Positions 14,616 to 29,808 of a DNA stretch of 64,000 nucleotides are shown here, one piece after another. The stretch's first letter is position 1; every line of letters begins with the position of its first letter. The stretch is taken from NCBI RefSeq assembly GCF_009914755.1, contig NC_060925.1; one strand, given 5' to 3'. A model generated the notes under the pieces. The model worked only from the letters and a program-made list of their open reading frames with translations, was not told where the DNA came from and searched no databases. The stretch is from the human T2T-CHM13v2.0 reference genome, Homo sapiens. The translations under genes were made by a program, and so were the position numbers.

Positions 14616-14990
14616 TGATATGGTTAGGCTTTGTGTCCCCAGCCAAATCTTATCTTAAATTGTAATCCCCATAATCCCTGTGTGTCAACAGAGAGACAAG
14701 GTGGAGGTAATTGAATAACGGGGGCAGTTTCCCCTATGCTGTTCTGGTGATAGTAAGTTCTCATGAGATCTGATGGTTTTATAAGGGGCTCTTCCCCCTT
14801 CACACTGCACTTCTCATTCCTGCTGCCTTGTGAAGAAGGTGCCTTGCTTGCCCTTTGCCATCTCTCATGACTGTAAGTTTCCTGAGGCCTTCCCAAGCAT
14901 GCTGAACTGTGAGTCAATTAAACCTCTTTCCTCTATAAAGTACCTAGTCTCAGGCAGTTCTTAATAGCAGTGTGAAAATTGACTAATACC
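14616..14990 (+). mobile_element. THE1D-like solo LTR (MaLR)
   Basis: TGATATGGTTAGGCTTTGTGTCCCC...GACTAATAC. Perfect 5-bp TSD TTGCT at 14611-14615 and 14991-14995. Confidence 0.93.
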
Positions 14991-17097
14991 TTGCTCAATA
15001 AATGGAGACTATTTTTAGTGGTAAAAATAATAGTGTAAAATAAACTTGGAATTTTCTACAAAGCCACAACTCCTCACAGATCTCATATACAGGAGTGCAA
15101 ATAAAATATTCATATATTTTCAACCATTTTAGGGAACCTTGAAAGACACCAAACTAAAGAGAAACAATTGCCCCTTGGAAAAGATGCTGCTAAAATTAAG
15201 AAAATTCCTAATGATTACTTTCTCCTGACTGGTTTTTGATTCATCATTTTTATTATTTTAAGGCAAAATATACAATGTATTGAATTTAAACTGCCATTAG
15301 TAACCATATATAGCACAAATTGTATAAAACACTTTTGTGAGTTTATATGTAAGTCTTTCCAAACAGGCTATTATCCTCCAAGGCTAGAAACCTGATTTTA
15401 CTTTGTATTTGCAGCACATTTCATGGAATCTGACACATAGATGTTAAATAAATGTTGAGAAACTCATGGATAAATTATTTCTCCTGTTTCTAGAAAAGAA
15501 TGAAAAAGTGACAGTGCTTGTTAGATAATGAGTAATGCGCTTTACATTTTTATCAGATGATTATGTTGTGTTTGAACACAGACATTTGAAAAGTTTATGG
15601 TAGTTAGAGAGATAGAGTATTTTAAAAGCAATATTTATTGACCTTTCTCCTCGTATTCCTTTTTTACCTTTGTTATAATTTTTTTCATACTTATACTATA
15701 GTGTGTGTGTGCATGTGTGTGTATGAGACACAAAAGTGGAAGGGTTTGAATTTGCCTCCCTCCTGTTTTTTTAATGTCAGTATCCAGCTGCATTAGACAA
15801 AGTATTTAGCCCAGACTGAATATATGTACACACTTCTTGCTATATTTACACGTAGTTCTACTTCACAGACTGGAAACCCAATTGGAAATAAAACACGATC
15901 AGAGAAATCTATATCTTATGTCAGTAGCTCCTGTTTGAAATAAATAAAATATGAATTTAAAACGATTCTATCATTTACTAAAACTTTTAATCCCCAAGTT
16001 GCCCATTCGTGAATATTCCTTGTCATCAACCCTCTTGGCAGCCCTAGAAACTGATCTCCACTAAGTGAATGAAAGAAATTCTTCAAATTTGTAACAAGGA
16101 ACATGACAGTTGGTTGTAGTTTGCATAGAGTAGAAAACAAAGACCTAAAAAGATGAAAATATTTTTAGAATGTCAACAAATCAAATTGATTTAAAAGTAA
16201 CCATTTACTTGATTGGCAAAAAGGCAAATATGCATTTGTTCCTGGCCTAGCACTGTGTATGGCACATAGTAAGCGCTCAGTGAATATTTGTTGAACTGAA
16301 CTGTTAAACTGAATAGACACAGCCCAGGAGTCAGTTTCATCACTGGCAATATGGTGGGTATTCAGTCATCCCCATGAACAAATAGGAGCAACTGTAAAGT
16401 AATCTCTTTCAGAAATTGATATTTAAAAAGCAGCTAGTTGAATCAGTAGCTTGAATAAAACATTCATTGGAACCCACTTATGATGATTAGCAAGCCAAAG
16501 GAAGCTTTTCTGCCACAGTCGACAGAAACATGGCATTGTGTTAGAGCAATCCAAGGAAGGTAGCAGAGGGCAAAACAGAGCTGAAGGTGACATCACCTCA
16601 ATGCATGGAAACAGATTCACAGCACTGGTTTAAGGAACACCAGCATTGGCATTCAGAATAAATGGGAAAAGGGTTTCTGTCACTGCACGTAGCTCTTTGC
16701 GGAGATGAAATGGGACAAAACACACTGAGCAGTGAACTAAATGTTCTCATGGTCTGATTATCTATATACCTTTTCCTACATTCGTTATTTTAAAAATTAC
16801 GATTTTGCTCTGTTCTTCTCTCAATCCTGACTTAGCATGTAAATGAATTCATTAAACTATCTCAAATTACTGATAATAGAAATGATAAATGCAGCCTCTC
16901 TCTGCACATTCTTTCTGGCAATCACTACTGCTAGAGATGCAACAAGAAGAGCTCTTGCTGCAAAGTGAATTTGAAAGACAAACTTAAAATCTGTCCTACA
17001 GGATTGTAATGCATCAAATGTGACATATCGAAGCAACACTATGGATAACATTGAGGCAATGCATTGAGGAAGAGCTGAATTAAGAAGTATGTGTTTA

Positions 17098-18142
17098 AAA
17101 TTTACAAGAAAAAAACATTAAGGAATGGGCAAAGGACATGAACAGACACTTCTCAAAAGAAGACATTTATGCAGCCAACAAACATGAAAAAGAGCTCAAC
17201 ATCACTAACCATTAGAGAAATGCAAATTAAAACTGCAATGAGTGGTGAAACCCTGTGTCTACTAAAAATACAAAAAATTAGCCAGGCGCAGTGGCGGACA
17301 CCTGTAGTCCCAGCTACTCAGGAGGCTGAGGCGGGAGAATGGCATGAACCCGGGAGGCAGAACTTGCAATGAGCAGAGATTGCGCCACTGCACTCTAGCC
17401 TGGGTGACAGAGCGAGACTCCATCTCAAAAAAAAAAAAAAGAAAGAAAGAAAAAAAACACAATGAGATACATCTTTGCCAGTCAGAATGGCGATTATTAA
17501 AAAATCAAGAAACAACAAATGCTGGCAAGGTTGTGGAGAAATAGGAATGTTTTTATACTATTGGTGGGGATGTAAATTAGTTCAACTATTGTGGAAGATG
17601 GTGTGGCGATTCCTCAAAGATCTAGAACCAGAAATACCATTTGACCCAGCAATCCTATTACTGGGTATATACCCAAAGGAATATAAATCTTTCTATTACA
17701 AAGATAAATGCATGCATATGTTCATCGCAGCACTATCCACAATAGCAAAGACATGGAATCAATCCAAATGCCCATCAGTGACAGGCTAGATATACACCAT
17801 GGAATACTATGCATCCATAAAGAGGAACGGGATCAGGTCCTTTGCAGGGACATAGATGGAGCTGGAAGCCATTATCCTCAGCAAACTATCGCAGGAAAAG
17901 AAAACCAAACACCGCATGTTCTCATTTATAAATGGGAGCTGAACAATGAGAACACATGGACACAGGGAGGGGAACAACGCACACTGAGACTGAGGAAAAA
18001 TAGCTAATGCATGCTGGGCTTAATACCGAGGTGATGGGTTGACAGGTGCAGCAAACCACCATGGCACCCGTTTACATATGTAACAAACCTGTACATTGTG
18101 CACATGTACCCTGGAACTTAAAATTAAAATTAAAATTAAAAA
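17098..18142 (+). mobile_element. L1PA-type 3' end (ORF2 C-terminus + 3'UTR), 5'-truncated
   Basis: ORF 17475..17789 ([43 protein letters not shown]) is the L1 ORF2 C-terminal Cys-rich region. TSD AA(G/T)AAGTATGTGTTTA at 17082-17097 and 18143-18158. Confidence 0.95.
17243..17453 (+). mobile_element. 5'-truncated AluY-like element inside L1PA
   Basis: Starts at TGGTGAAACCC, in the middle of the left arm. TSD-like AAAAC(TG/A)CAATGAG on both sides. Confidence 0.93.
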
Positions 18143-19020
18143 AATAAGTATGTGTTTACTACCTTGTACAAAGCATGATAAAAATTGGTTCAAATACGAG
18201 AATTGGGCTCTGTGGGTGTGGTGATACTATAGGACATTTCTTGCATAGTACATTTCTTAAAGTATTTTACAAGAGGTATTTGGGTTTCTAATCCCACCAG
18301 AGGAACACAACAAACAAAACAAAACAAAAAGAATGCTTAAGCTGTTCTGCCACTGATGAAAGAATAATATAATAAATAGCATGTATCTTGCCATTGTGAA
18401 TTCTGTGCCAATTGAAGAATAAGACAAAAGTCAGCAGGTGAAACCAAAATGTCACTTTTGCTACTGTTAAAGAATAATTTGAACAATACAGTATACATGG
18501 TATTTTGAGACAAATCAACCTGTTACCTGAACAAGAGGATCTGGCAGACTTACCTGCCCAATCTCAGGTAGGGCTGGTGGATGACAGCCCCATCCTTTCA
18601 CCACTACCCATCACGTGACAAGAAAAGAACCTGTCCTGGTGGAGGCAGGTGGAAGAATGACTGTTTGCTGTGAACAGCTTGGCTTCAGTAAGGAAGGTAG
18701 CAATAGACTGAGCATTCCCAGTTCATTCTTTCCTATTTTACCAGCAATATTTTCTATGTCAATGACAATGAATGCAACATTAGGAGTGGAAAGCAGTGTT
18801 CTCTTCTTCACAGAATAAATTGGCACAAAATTATTGATATTTTCTTGTCAACCTAGCTCAACTTAGATTTCCAATTATTATAATTTGATTTTATTCCCAA
18901 AATGAGTATTCTCTTCTATCTACTTCCAAAATACATACATTGTTAATCATAGATACTATAAACACCTTACTCTTGAATGAATTTATATTTTTACTCTGCT
19001 CTCAGTAGTTCTTTCACACA

Positions 19021-19344
19021 CAGTCATGCTTTGCTTAATGATGGAGATACTTCATTAGGTAATTTCATCATTGTGTGAACATCATGAAGCATACTTACAC
19101 AAACCTAGATGCTATAACCTACTACACACCTAGGATATATGGCATAGCCTATTGCTCCTAGGCTACAGACCTGTACAGCATGTTACTGTACTGAATACTA
19201 CAGGTAATTGTAACACAATGATAAGTATTGGTGTATCTAAACATAGAAAAAGTACAGTAAAAATATGGTATTGTAACCTTATAGGACCATAGCCATATGC
19301 TTGGTTCATCATTGGCCAGAATGCTGTTATATGGAACCTGATTG
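19021..19344 (+). mobile_element. Tigger3a/MER7A-like TcMar DNA transposon
   Basis: CAGTCATGC... start, ACTTACACAAACCTAGATG...GCTCCTAGGCTACA...GTACTGAATACT body, ends ...CCTGATTG followed by TA. Confidence 0.88.
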
Positions 19345-21409
19345 TACTCTATAAATGCTGATTTATACTGCATACTTCTAGTTTCCAGGAGCACACCTAT
19401 ATGGTTATGTAATACAGTACTTAGCAGAGTACTACATGCAATTAGATGTTAAACATGTGCTCTGACAAAAACTTATGTTGAACAATATAGCATATTTCCT
19501 GTACTTATCTTTTTTCCCCAGGAGCTGCAATTTCTCCATCTATTCTCCATCTATACTAACTATTAAAAGATTTAGTTTTGCCTCTAAGGGAATTAAAGAG
19601 ATTTGTAGCTAGAACAAAGCTATGGCCAGAGCAAGAGAACATTACCTTTACTGTCAGCACAGTGTTAGCAAACATAGACCATTGTTTTAGTTTCAGTCTA
19701 CAGTATATCACTGTTTTTCTACTTATTTGAGGTTATTCGCTGTAATACAAGTGTAAAAAATGTGACAATGTTGAGTAGGTTGGAAGAGGTAAACGATAAT
19801 GGTAGACCTAGAAGTGAACCTCAACTTTACCAAGATACCATGCCCTCATCAATTGAAATATGTCACATTGGATTTGCTAACAAATGGAACTGGGAAAAGC
19901 CTTTTGAAATCTAAACTATTTGTAAGTAGAGGTACTTCTTTATCACAGGGAGTAAGTTTTATGTTTTCATTCAGGCAGAGTTAAATGATTTGTTACTGTG
20001 TTTCAACATATGTTGCATCAGGCAGAACTGGATCTTATTTGCATTTCACACAATAACAACTAGAATTTTATTCTTATTTTTATATTCAATGAGTATAATT
20101 TTCCTGCTAAGATTTAAAGAGAGGTCTTCCCTTTTCAGAAGTTTGGTATACCAGATAAACTGAGGGAACTTCCTGCTGCAAAACATACTTGTGAATGTAC
20201 TCCTCTACCTAGTGGAAGAAAGGAAATCTCCAAGTATCTCTCCCCTACCCCACTTCAAAAGGGGGAGAACCAACCATAGAGATGAATGACTGCTGGGAGC
20301 AGTGAGTTATGAACAGGCCAGAGGACCCACACTATCCTGACAGCAATGCCAGTGGCAGCCCTCCATCCTACAAGTAAGATGCAAGGCTTTGGCCAGTGGT
20401 AATGAGTGGGAGCTGAGCTAGACAACTCCTCATTAAGACATAACCCTGGAAGGGAGCAAAACCCCCTTCCAGGGGAGTGTAGATTGGTGGCACCATCTGC
20501 TCCTAGCAGAGGCAAGCATAAATTGTATCTGGAGGAAAGCACCTCCAATTTAATCCTGCAGAATCTCCACAGATAAAGATGGTGCAATTTGGAGTTCACA
20601 AAGATCATCAAGCTCAAAAGTGAGCAAGTTTCCATTGGGGGGCATTTTTTAAAAAGGAAAATTAAAAATCAACAGATATAGACTCCCATGGACTTCATAT
20701 ATTTGATTCATCACAAACAGAATTGAATAGTCATATATGAAATACATGAAGAACTGAAGGATGGAATCACATGAAAGTAAGCAGCTACAGGAGATTGTCA
20801 GGAATGATTATATAGATCTGAGTGAGACAAAATGGAGTTCCAGAAGTGGGAATATAATTGTTGAGCAAAGCCATCAGTGAATGGATTAAACAGCAGATTG
20901 AATACAGAGATAATTTCCTGAAAGATATAACTGAAAAATTAGTATGCAGCACAAATTAACAAGAAGATATAAAACATGAAATTAAAATTAAGAGAGGTAA
21001 ATGATAACATAAGGCTTAATATACAAGTAATCAGAGTCCCAAAAGAAGATCATAAGGTAATTTGAAGTCATAATTGCTGAGAATTTTCTAAGTGATGAAA
21101 AATATAAACCCACCTTCAGGAAGTTTAACATTTCTCAAGCAGAATGAATAAAAACAAATCCATGCCCAGACACAGCACAGTGACACTGCAGAAAACCAAA
21201 GTCTGTGTTTTAAAAAGTTTAGATTTAATTGGCATATAATAATTGTACATATTTATCGGGCACATAGTGATATTTCAATACATGTATACAATGTATAATC
21301 ATCAATTCAGAGTAAGTAGCCTATCCATCATCTCAAACAGTTTCTTTGTATTGGGAACATTCAAAATGCTATAATCTAACTGTTCGAAAATATACAATAA
21401 ATTATTCTT

Positions 21410-21562
<153 letters not shown>

Positions 21563-22197
21563 TAATCATAGTCTTCTTAAAGTGTTATAGAACACTAGGC
21601 CTTATTACTCTTATCTAGCAGTAATTTTGCATCAGTTAACCATCCTCTCCCTATCCCCCCTCTCCTTTGCAGCTTCTAGTAGCCAGTACTCTACTTTCTA
21701 CTTCTTTGAGTACAACTTTTTTAGTTCCCACATATGAGTGAGAATATGCAGTATCTGTCTTTCTATGCCTAACCTATTTCACCTAACGTAACATCCTTCA
21801 AGCTTATCCATGTTCCCAGGAATGACGAGATTTCATTCTTTTTTATGGATGAATTTTATTGTATTGTGCATATTGTGTACATATACCAACTTGTATTTAT
21901 CCATTCATCTGTTGATGAACACTTAGATTGATTCCATATCTTAACTATATTGAATAGTGCTGCAATAAAAATGGGGGTGCAGATAACTGTTCAACACACT
22001 GATTTCCTTTCCTTTGGATAAATACCCGGTAGTAGTGGAATTGCTGTATCATATGGTTGTTCTGTTTTTATTTTTATTTTTTCAGGAAGCTTCATACTGT
22101 TTTTCATAATGGCAGTACTAATTAACATTCCCACCAAGAGTATATAAGTTAGCTTTTCTCTGCATCCTCACTAGTATTTGTTATTTTTGGTCTTTTT

Positions 22198-22582
<385 letters not shown>

Positions 22583-24716
22583 TAATGATATTGAGCATTT
22601 TTAAATATACCTGTTGGTCATTCGTATGTCTTCTTCTGAGAAATGTCTATTCAGACACTTTGTCCATTTTTCATCAAATTCTTTGATTTTTGTTTTGTTC
22701 TCTGTTTTGTCTTTTGCTGTTGAGTTGTTTGAGTTTCTTGTATATCCTTCATATTAATTCCTTGTTGGATAAATAGCTTGAAAATATTTTCTCCTATTCT
22801 GCAGGTTTTCTCTTCACTCTGAAGATTATTCCTTTGCCGTACAGAAGCTTCTTAGTTTGGTATGATCCCATTTATCTATTTTTGCTTTTGGTGCCTATGC
22901 TTTTAAAGTCTTACTCATAAACTCTTTGCCCAGACTAATGTCCTGAAGCATTTCCCTTCCTTCTAGTAATTTTATTGTTTTGAGTGTTACATTTAAGTCT
23001 TTAATTCATTTTGAGTTGATTTTTGTCTATGGTAAGAGATGGGGGGCTAGTTTCACTCTTCTGCTTATGTATATTTAGTTTCTTCAGCACCATTTATTAA
23101 ACAGGGTGTTCTTGCCTCAATATATGTTCTTGGCACCTTTGTAGAAAAACAGTTGGCTGTAAATATGTGGATTTGTTTATGAGTTCTCTATTCTGCTCTA
23201 TTGGTCTATGTATATATTTTTATACAAGTACCATGTTATTTTGGATTTTATAGCTTTGTAGTAAATTTTGAAGTCAGGTAGTGTGATGCCTCTAGCTTTC
23301 TCTTTTTGCTCAATAATGCTTTGGCTATTTGGGGTCCTTTGTGGTTCCACAGGAATTTTAGGATTTTTTTCTATTTTTGTGAAGAATGTCACTGGTATTT
23401 TGAACCTGTAGATTGCTTTGTATAGTATGGTCATTTTGACAATGTTAATTCTTCCAACCCATGAACAAAGTATAGTGTTCTCTTTTTTTTTCTTTTTTTT
23501 CTTTTTGGTTCCCTCTTCAACTTCTTTTATCTTATCCAGAGCAATTGGGCAAAAGAAAGAAATTAAAGGCATCCAAATTGGAAAAGAGAACATCATATTG
23601 TCCCTATTTGCAAATGACATGATTATATATATAGGAAAACCTAAAATTCCATTAAAAAAAACCCTAAGAACTGATAAATATAGTAAAGTTGCATAATATA
23701 AAATTAACATACAAAAATTAGTAATGCTTCTATACACAAAACTAGCTGAAAAGAAATCAAGAAAGCAATCCCATTTCCAATAGCTATTTTAAAATTCTGC
23801 TTTTTAAAAGTAGCTGCAAAGGAAGGGAAGATTACCTACAAAGGAATAACAATTTGACTACAAGAGACTCCTCAACAACAGCAAAAGAAGCCAAAAAATA
23901 GAGGAATAATGATTTCAGAGCACTGATAGAAAATGACTATCAGCCAAGAATTCAACATCCAGAAAAACTGTCAGTCAAGAATGAGAGTAAAATAATGGAC
24001 ATTTGATTTTATAATAAAAGTACCTTATTTTATAATTTTATAATGAAAACTTTCCTATCAATAGGCCTGTGCCAATGGAACTTTTAAGGAATGCATTTCG
24101 GGAAGAACAAAAATGATTTATGAAAGGATTATCTGATGTTCAAAAAGAAATACCGAGAATATAAAGTAACCAAAAAATGTAAATGTAAACATTGCTTGCA
24201 TAAAATAATAATAATGTTTAATTTGTGCAGATGTATTAAGAGCAGAACTAAAATATTGTTAGCAATAGTCTCAATTCAAAAGGGAAATGTTGGAGTTAAG
24301 TGTCCTGAGGTTCTTGTAAATCACAAGATATATATGGTAGCAAAATTCCAGCTATATCCAATTATATAATAAATTTTAATAAATTTAAAAAGATTAAACT
24401 CATTAAGATATATTCTCAGAGTAGACAAAAATATCCTGTTATATGCTGTTTACAAAGGATACACTAAAAATAATACAATACAAAGAAGAATAAAAGTAAA
24501 AAGAAGGAAAATTATATCATTCAAAATCAAAAATAAGCTAGTTTTGCTATATGATTGTCAAAGTAAACTCTGAGACAAACAAGCAATATTAAGACTCAAC
24601 TACTTAATTATATGAGGTTAGGTAACCAGAGAGACATAACAGTTTTAAACTTGCATATTTCTATTAAAATAGACTAAAAACAAAAAAAGTAAAAATTGAT
24701 AAAACCTGAAGGAGAA

Positions 24717-25345
24717 TTTTTTTTATTATACTTTAAGTTCTGGGATACAAGTGCAGAATGTGCCGGCTTGTTACATAGGTATACACATATCATGGTGGTT
24801 TGCTGCACCCATCAACCTGTCATCTACATTAGGTATTTCTCCCAGTGCTATTCCTCCTGTAGCCTCCCATCCCCCGACAGGCCCCAGTGTGTGATGTTCC
24901 CCTCCCTGTGTCCATGTGTTCTCATCATTCAACCCCCACTTATGAGTGAGAATATGCGGTGTTTGATTTCTGTTCCTGTGTTAGCTTGCTGAGAATCATG
25001 CTTTCCAACTTCATCCATGTCCCTGCAAAGGACATGAACTCATCCTTTTTTATGGCTGCATAGTATTCCATGGTGTATATGTGCCACATTTTCTTTATCC
25101 AGTCTATCATTGATGTGCATTTCGGTTGCTTCCAATTCTTTGCTATTGTGAACAGTTCTCAATAAACATACGTGTGCATGTGTCTATAGTAGAATGATTT
25201 ATAATCCTTTGGGTATATACCTAGTAATGGGATCGCTGGGTCAAATGGTATTTCTAGTTCCAGATCCTTGAGGAATTGCCATACTGTCTTCCACAATGGC
25301 TGAACTAATTTACACTCCCACCAATAGTGTAAAAGCATTCCTATT
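24717..25345 (-). mobile_element. L1PA (PA7/PA8-like) 3' end
   Basis: TTATTATACTTTAAGTTCTGGGATACA...GGTGGTTTGCTGCACCCATCAAC... TSD TGAAGGAGAA at 24707-24716 and 25346-25355. Confidence 0.94.
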
Positions 25346-25704
25346 TGAAGGAGAAAAAATTTAAATCTCTAATACATTGAAAGATTTCACTATCTCTTTC
25401 TTAATTGGACAAGCAGAAAAAATAATAGTAGAGATATAGATAATTTATGAAATAATTTTGGCAAATCATAACATCTACATATTAAAATAATAATATGTTA
25501 TGGTCAAATCATTTTATTCTAGGAATGCAAGGATGGCTCAATGGGTAAAAAAAAGGATAGCTCAATAGATGAAAAAGGAATATAAAATTCACTATAAATT
25601 TAAAATTTAAAAAACATTTGAGGAATATTAATACAAAGATATTAGATTAAATGGGAATAACTATTTCAAACTATCAATCAAAATAATATTTCATGATGAG
25701 ACAC

Positions 25705-25925
25705 TAAAGTGGTTAAGCAACTGTACTCAATATTTAGTCTCCTTTGGGTTCAACAGTAGCTTTGTGGCTATTTGATCTTGTGCAAATTAACTTATAAAAC
25801 TCAGTTTGTTCACCTATAAAATGGCGACAATAATTGAACCTACCTAAAAGAGGTTTCTATGATTACATTAAGTAATCTATGCCAGCCATAAAGTAAGAGC
25901 TCAGCAAATGGTAGCTTATTATTCC
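25705..25925 (+). mobile_element. MIR nested in L1M ORF2
   Basis: GTGGTTAAGC...CTCAGTTTGTTCACCTATAAAATGG...GCTCAGCAAATGGTAGCTTATTATT. Confidence 0.7.
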
Positions 25926-26800
25926 TGGAGGTACTCTTATGAGAGCTAGAACAAAGGCATGAACACAAACTGATTACTTATTTGACATTGTTCAAGGAGT
26001 TCTAGTCAATAGATGATAAGGCAGGAATAAGAAAAAACTGATTTAAAAGATGTAAAAACTATAGTAATCTACTAGAAAATTCAGAAAACCCAATCACAGA
26101 CAATTAAAACTAGTAAGATTTGGTAAATTTATTCAGATGACTACTAGTAAAATAAGTTCCATATACATATAGTTAGAAAAAGCAGTCATTTGAAATATTA
26201 ACTAAAAATATGTATATTAGAATAAACTTTATAAGAAATGTATAGGACCTATATGTTTTGTCCTGCATATGTAACATACAAGACTATAATGAAGGACATG
26301 AAGAAATATTTTTATAGACAGACTTCATTCCTGGGAGACTAAATAGTGTAAAAATAAGAGTTGTGCTGCCTTTTATATAATGAAGAAAGGGGGAAATAAT
26401 GTATTTGTACAATGTAAATGTTTAATCTGTATAATGATTTCACAGTTCATCTAGAATAATTTATTTTTCAAATAATAACAGGGAAAACTGTTAAAGATAG
26501 TAAAAATGCATTGCAGTGCTAATTAATTAACAGAGATACAACTGGCATAAAGATGAATGAAATGAGACAGAAATGAAAGACCAGAAACATACTTAAGTAC
26601 TGGTGGTTTTAAATCAATGGGTAAAAATCTGGATTATTTTTAAATGATTCTGGGACAATTGATTAATTACTTGGGCAAAAAAGAGTATATTTACCTCATA
26701 CTATGTAACAAAATTAAAATAAAACAGATTAAATAATTAAATATGAAAATAAAACCATCTGCATTGCAGACATTTCTAACATTAAATAGAGAAAGATGCC

Positions 26801-27099
26801 AGCTGGGCATCATGGTTCATACCTGTAATCCTCGCACTTTGGGAGGCCAAAGTGGGAGGATTGCTTGAGCCCAATAGTTCAAGATAAGCCTAGGCAACAT
26901 AGCAAGACCTTACCTCCACAGAAAATTACAAAATCAGTGCATGGTGGCACGTGTCTGTAGTCCTAGCTACTTTTGGGAGGCTGAGGTGGGAGGATGGGTT
27001 GAGCTCAGGAGTACTAGTTTACAGTGAGCTAGGATCACACCACTACACTCCAGACTGAACAACAAAGCAAGACCCTCTCTCTATAGAAATTTAAAATAT
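26801..27099 (+). mobile_element. AluJ-like element
   Basis: GGAGGATTGCTTGAGCCC J diagnostic. Flanking AAGATGCC(A) duplication. Confidence 0.92.
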
Positions 27100-27794
27100 A
27101 AGAAGGGAAGATGCCATGAGGCAAAGATTGATATATTATGTTACATAAACCTTGAAACTTGGTATTAAAGAACCCATGAAAATTAGAAAAAGCATTTACA
27201 ACATATATGACAAAATTTACGTTATTGATGCAAAGAGAGAATCTTATAAATCAATGAAAAAACAGCAATATTTTTAAAGTAATTTACAAAAGAAGAAATA
27301 CAAATGATCAATTAAGCATAAAATGTCAGTCTGATTACAATGAAATTAATGCCACTTTTCACATAGCAAATTAACAAGTATATATGCACAATTTAATGAT
27401 ATAGTAACCATGTGGTGAGGAACGGGGCTGGGAGTTGACATGTAGAAGCTGCACTCTCAAAAACTGTTGGCTGGAGTTTAAACTAATATAAGCTATCTAA
27501 TATGTAATTTTGAAGTATGAATGAAGAGCATTAAACATAATACATTCCCTTTAGCCCAGCAATTACATATCAGGAATTTTTCCTAAAGAAACAGTTGAAG
27601 ATGTGCAAAATTATTTCAGTAAAATGATATTTATTCAGAGTTACACAAGCAAAAATTTGAAACTTAAATATATATTATACATATAAATATATACTATATA
27701 TTTAAAGATATGCTTTGATATAGTACATTTACATATTAAATTTTATATAATATAAATGTTAAATACATTTATATAATATATTTATATATAATAT

Positions 27795-28042
27795 TGATAT
27801 GGTTTGGCTGTGTCTCTACCCAAATCTCATCTTGAATTGTAGTTCCAGTGATCCCCATGTGTCTTGGGAGGCACCTGGTGAGAGGTAATCGAATCATGGG
27901 GGCAGTTACCTCCATGCTATTCTCCTGAAAGTGAGTGAGTTCTAAGGAGATCTGATGGTTTTCTAAGGAGCTTTCCCCTACTTCGCTCTCACTTCTCCTT
28001 GCTGTCACCATGTGAAGAAGTATGTGTTCACTTTCCCTTCCC
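27795..28042 (+). mobile_element. THE1 (B/C-like) LTR, 3' part missing
   Basis: TGATATGGTTTGGCTGTGTC...CCAAATCTCATCTTGAATTGTAGTTCC...CCATGTGAAGAAG. Ends abruptly. Confidence 0.88.
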
Positions 28043-28169
28043 CTTTATGGGTAATAAAACTTGGGATAATTATTATTTTCTTCTTAATGTCCTCTGATAC
28101 TTTCTAAACTTTATAATAAAGCACGTATCATTTTAAACTCCAAACTAAGTGTAATAATATATTTTAAAA

Positions 28170-28725
28170 ATTATTTATGTATTTATTTGACACATTATAA
28201 TTGCACATATTTATAGGGTACAACTTAATATTTTGGTACATATCTATGTATTAGAATAATCCAACCAGAGTAGTTAGTATATCCCACACCTCATGCGTTT
28301 ATCATATCTTTGTGTTGATAGCCTTCAAAAGCCTCTCTTCTAGTTATTTTATAATATAAAATATTTTACTGTTAACCATAGTCACCTGAATGTGCAAGAA
28401 AACACCAGAATTTAGTCTGCCTATCTAACTGTAATTTTGTACCTGTTGACCAACTTCTCCCCATCCTTCCCTCCCCACTGCCCTACCCTTCACTAGTAAC
28501 CACTATTCTACTCTCTGATTCTTTATCAACTTCCTTTTTAGATTCTACATGTGAGTGAGATCATGCAGTATTTGCCTTTCCATGTCTGTCTCATTTCATT
28601 TATTAATAATATCATGGCCTTCAGTTTCATTCATGTCATCACAAATGACAGTTTCACTCTTTTTTATGGCTGAGAAGTTTTGTGTATATATACCACATTT
28701 TCTTTATCCATTCATCTGTTATTGG
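28170..28725 (-). mobile_element. L1MA-type 3'UTR
   Basis: ATAATTGCACATATTTATAGGGTACA...GTAACCACTATTCTACTCTCTG...TTCTTTATCCATTCATCTGTT. Confidence 0.85.
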
Positions 28726-29379
28726 GAGCTTGATTTACATAAATTATGGTGTGAGTCAACAGAATTCCATTCTGCTTTAAGGGTCAACAATAATATTGTC
28801 AGTCTAGTACTCATTGTCTAATATGTAATAATTTCTACAGATTTCTATAAATTTTCACTGTAATGAAAAAAAAAAAAAGATGCTCTCATCCTACTTTTCA
28901 TGCCCTCCAATAGCCATGTGTGTATATGTGTAGAGGGCGGGGAGTTCTTACATCTTTTCTGCCTACATATGCTCAAGTTGGCTTATGAAATAATGAAATA
29001 ATTGTAGTAGACTAGTAGAGTCGTAATACTTGAAACAACTCCATTGCAGAGACAAAGAAAAATACAGTTTATTAAAGAATATAGTCCTGCTAAAAATAAC
29101 CACATAGTCTTAAATCATCCAATTGGCTGGTAGTAGAAATCCCTGGGATCCAAGTCTTCTCTCTCTTCTAATAGTAAATACCCCTTTTCTTTCTGTGGAG
29201 AGATATGCTATCATAAGTAGGTTGTAATTCTGTGGAGATAGAGGGTGAGTTATTTTTCAAGAACCTTCTATTCACAGCAGGACAGGCTCCTCACACGCCA
29301 TGCACATGACTTCATGCCCCGACTCACACTGTTTCTCCTATCTAAAATATTCTTTCCTCCAGAAGAAACATTGCCTTTG

Positions 29380-29600
29380 TCATCAGACAGGCATGGATTT
29401 GAAATCTGGCAGTACTAGACAACTTGTGTGACCTTGGGCATGTCCATTAACATGTATGAGGTCTGATTTCCTCATATGTAAACTGAGTACTACTTCTTTA
29501 AATGATCACTATGGTATTTAAATAAGATAATATATGACACTTGTATGTGAATTGCCTATAATGTGTTTAGCATATAAGAAGGACACAATAAATGATGGAT
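29380..29600 (+). mobile_element. MIR
   Basis: TCAGACAGGCATGGATTTGAAATCTGGC...TGTGTGACCTTGGGCA...TTTCCTCATATGTAAA...CAATAAATGATGG. Confidence 0.75.
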
Positions 29601-29808
29601 GTTGGATAAAATTCATTTCTTTCACTTTCCAAATCTTGTCCATTCTGCAATGTCCAGCTCAAGTCCCAGTTTCTCTGTGACTTACTCTCCTCACAAATTT
29701 AGCCCATATTAATGTCACTTTTCCCTTAATTTATATGTTTATTTTCTGCTCATTAACTATAGCACTTAACTGTATGAGATTTGATTTGTTATCAAATTTG
29801 CTTTGCCT

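Larger units (their letters stand above)
13890..15010 (+). mobile_element. MIR split into three pieces by L1PB and THE1D insertions
   Basis: MIR head and core at about 13890-14075, resuming at 14575-14615 (AGAGCCTTGCACATAGTAGTTGCT) and at 14991-15010 (TTGCTCAATAAATGG). Confidence 0.7.

Noticed and set aside
20205-20220. CTCF-like motif (CCTCTACCTAGTGG)
   Set aside because: Mismatches in the core and located within a degraded L1 5' region. Not supportable.
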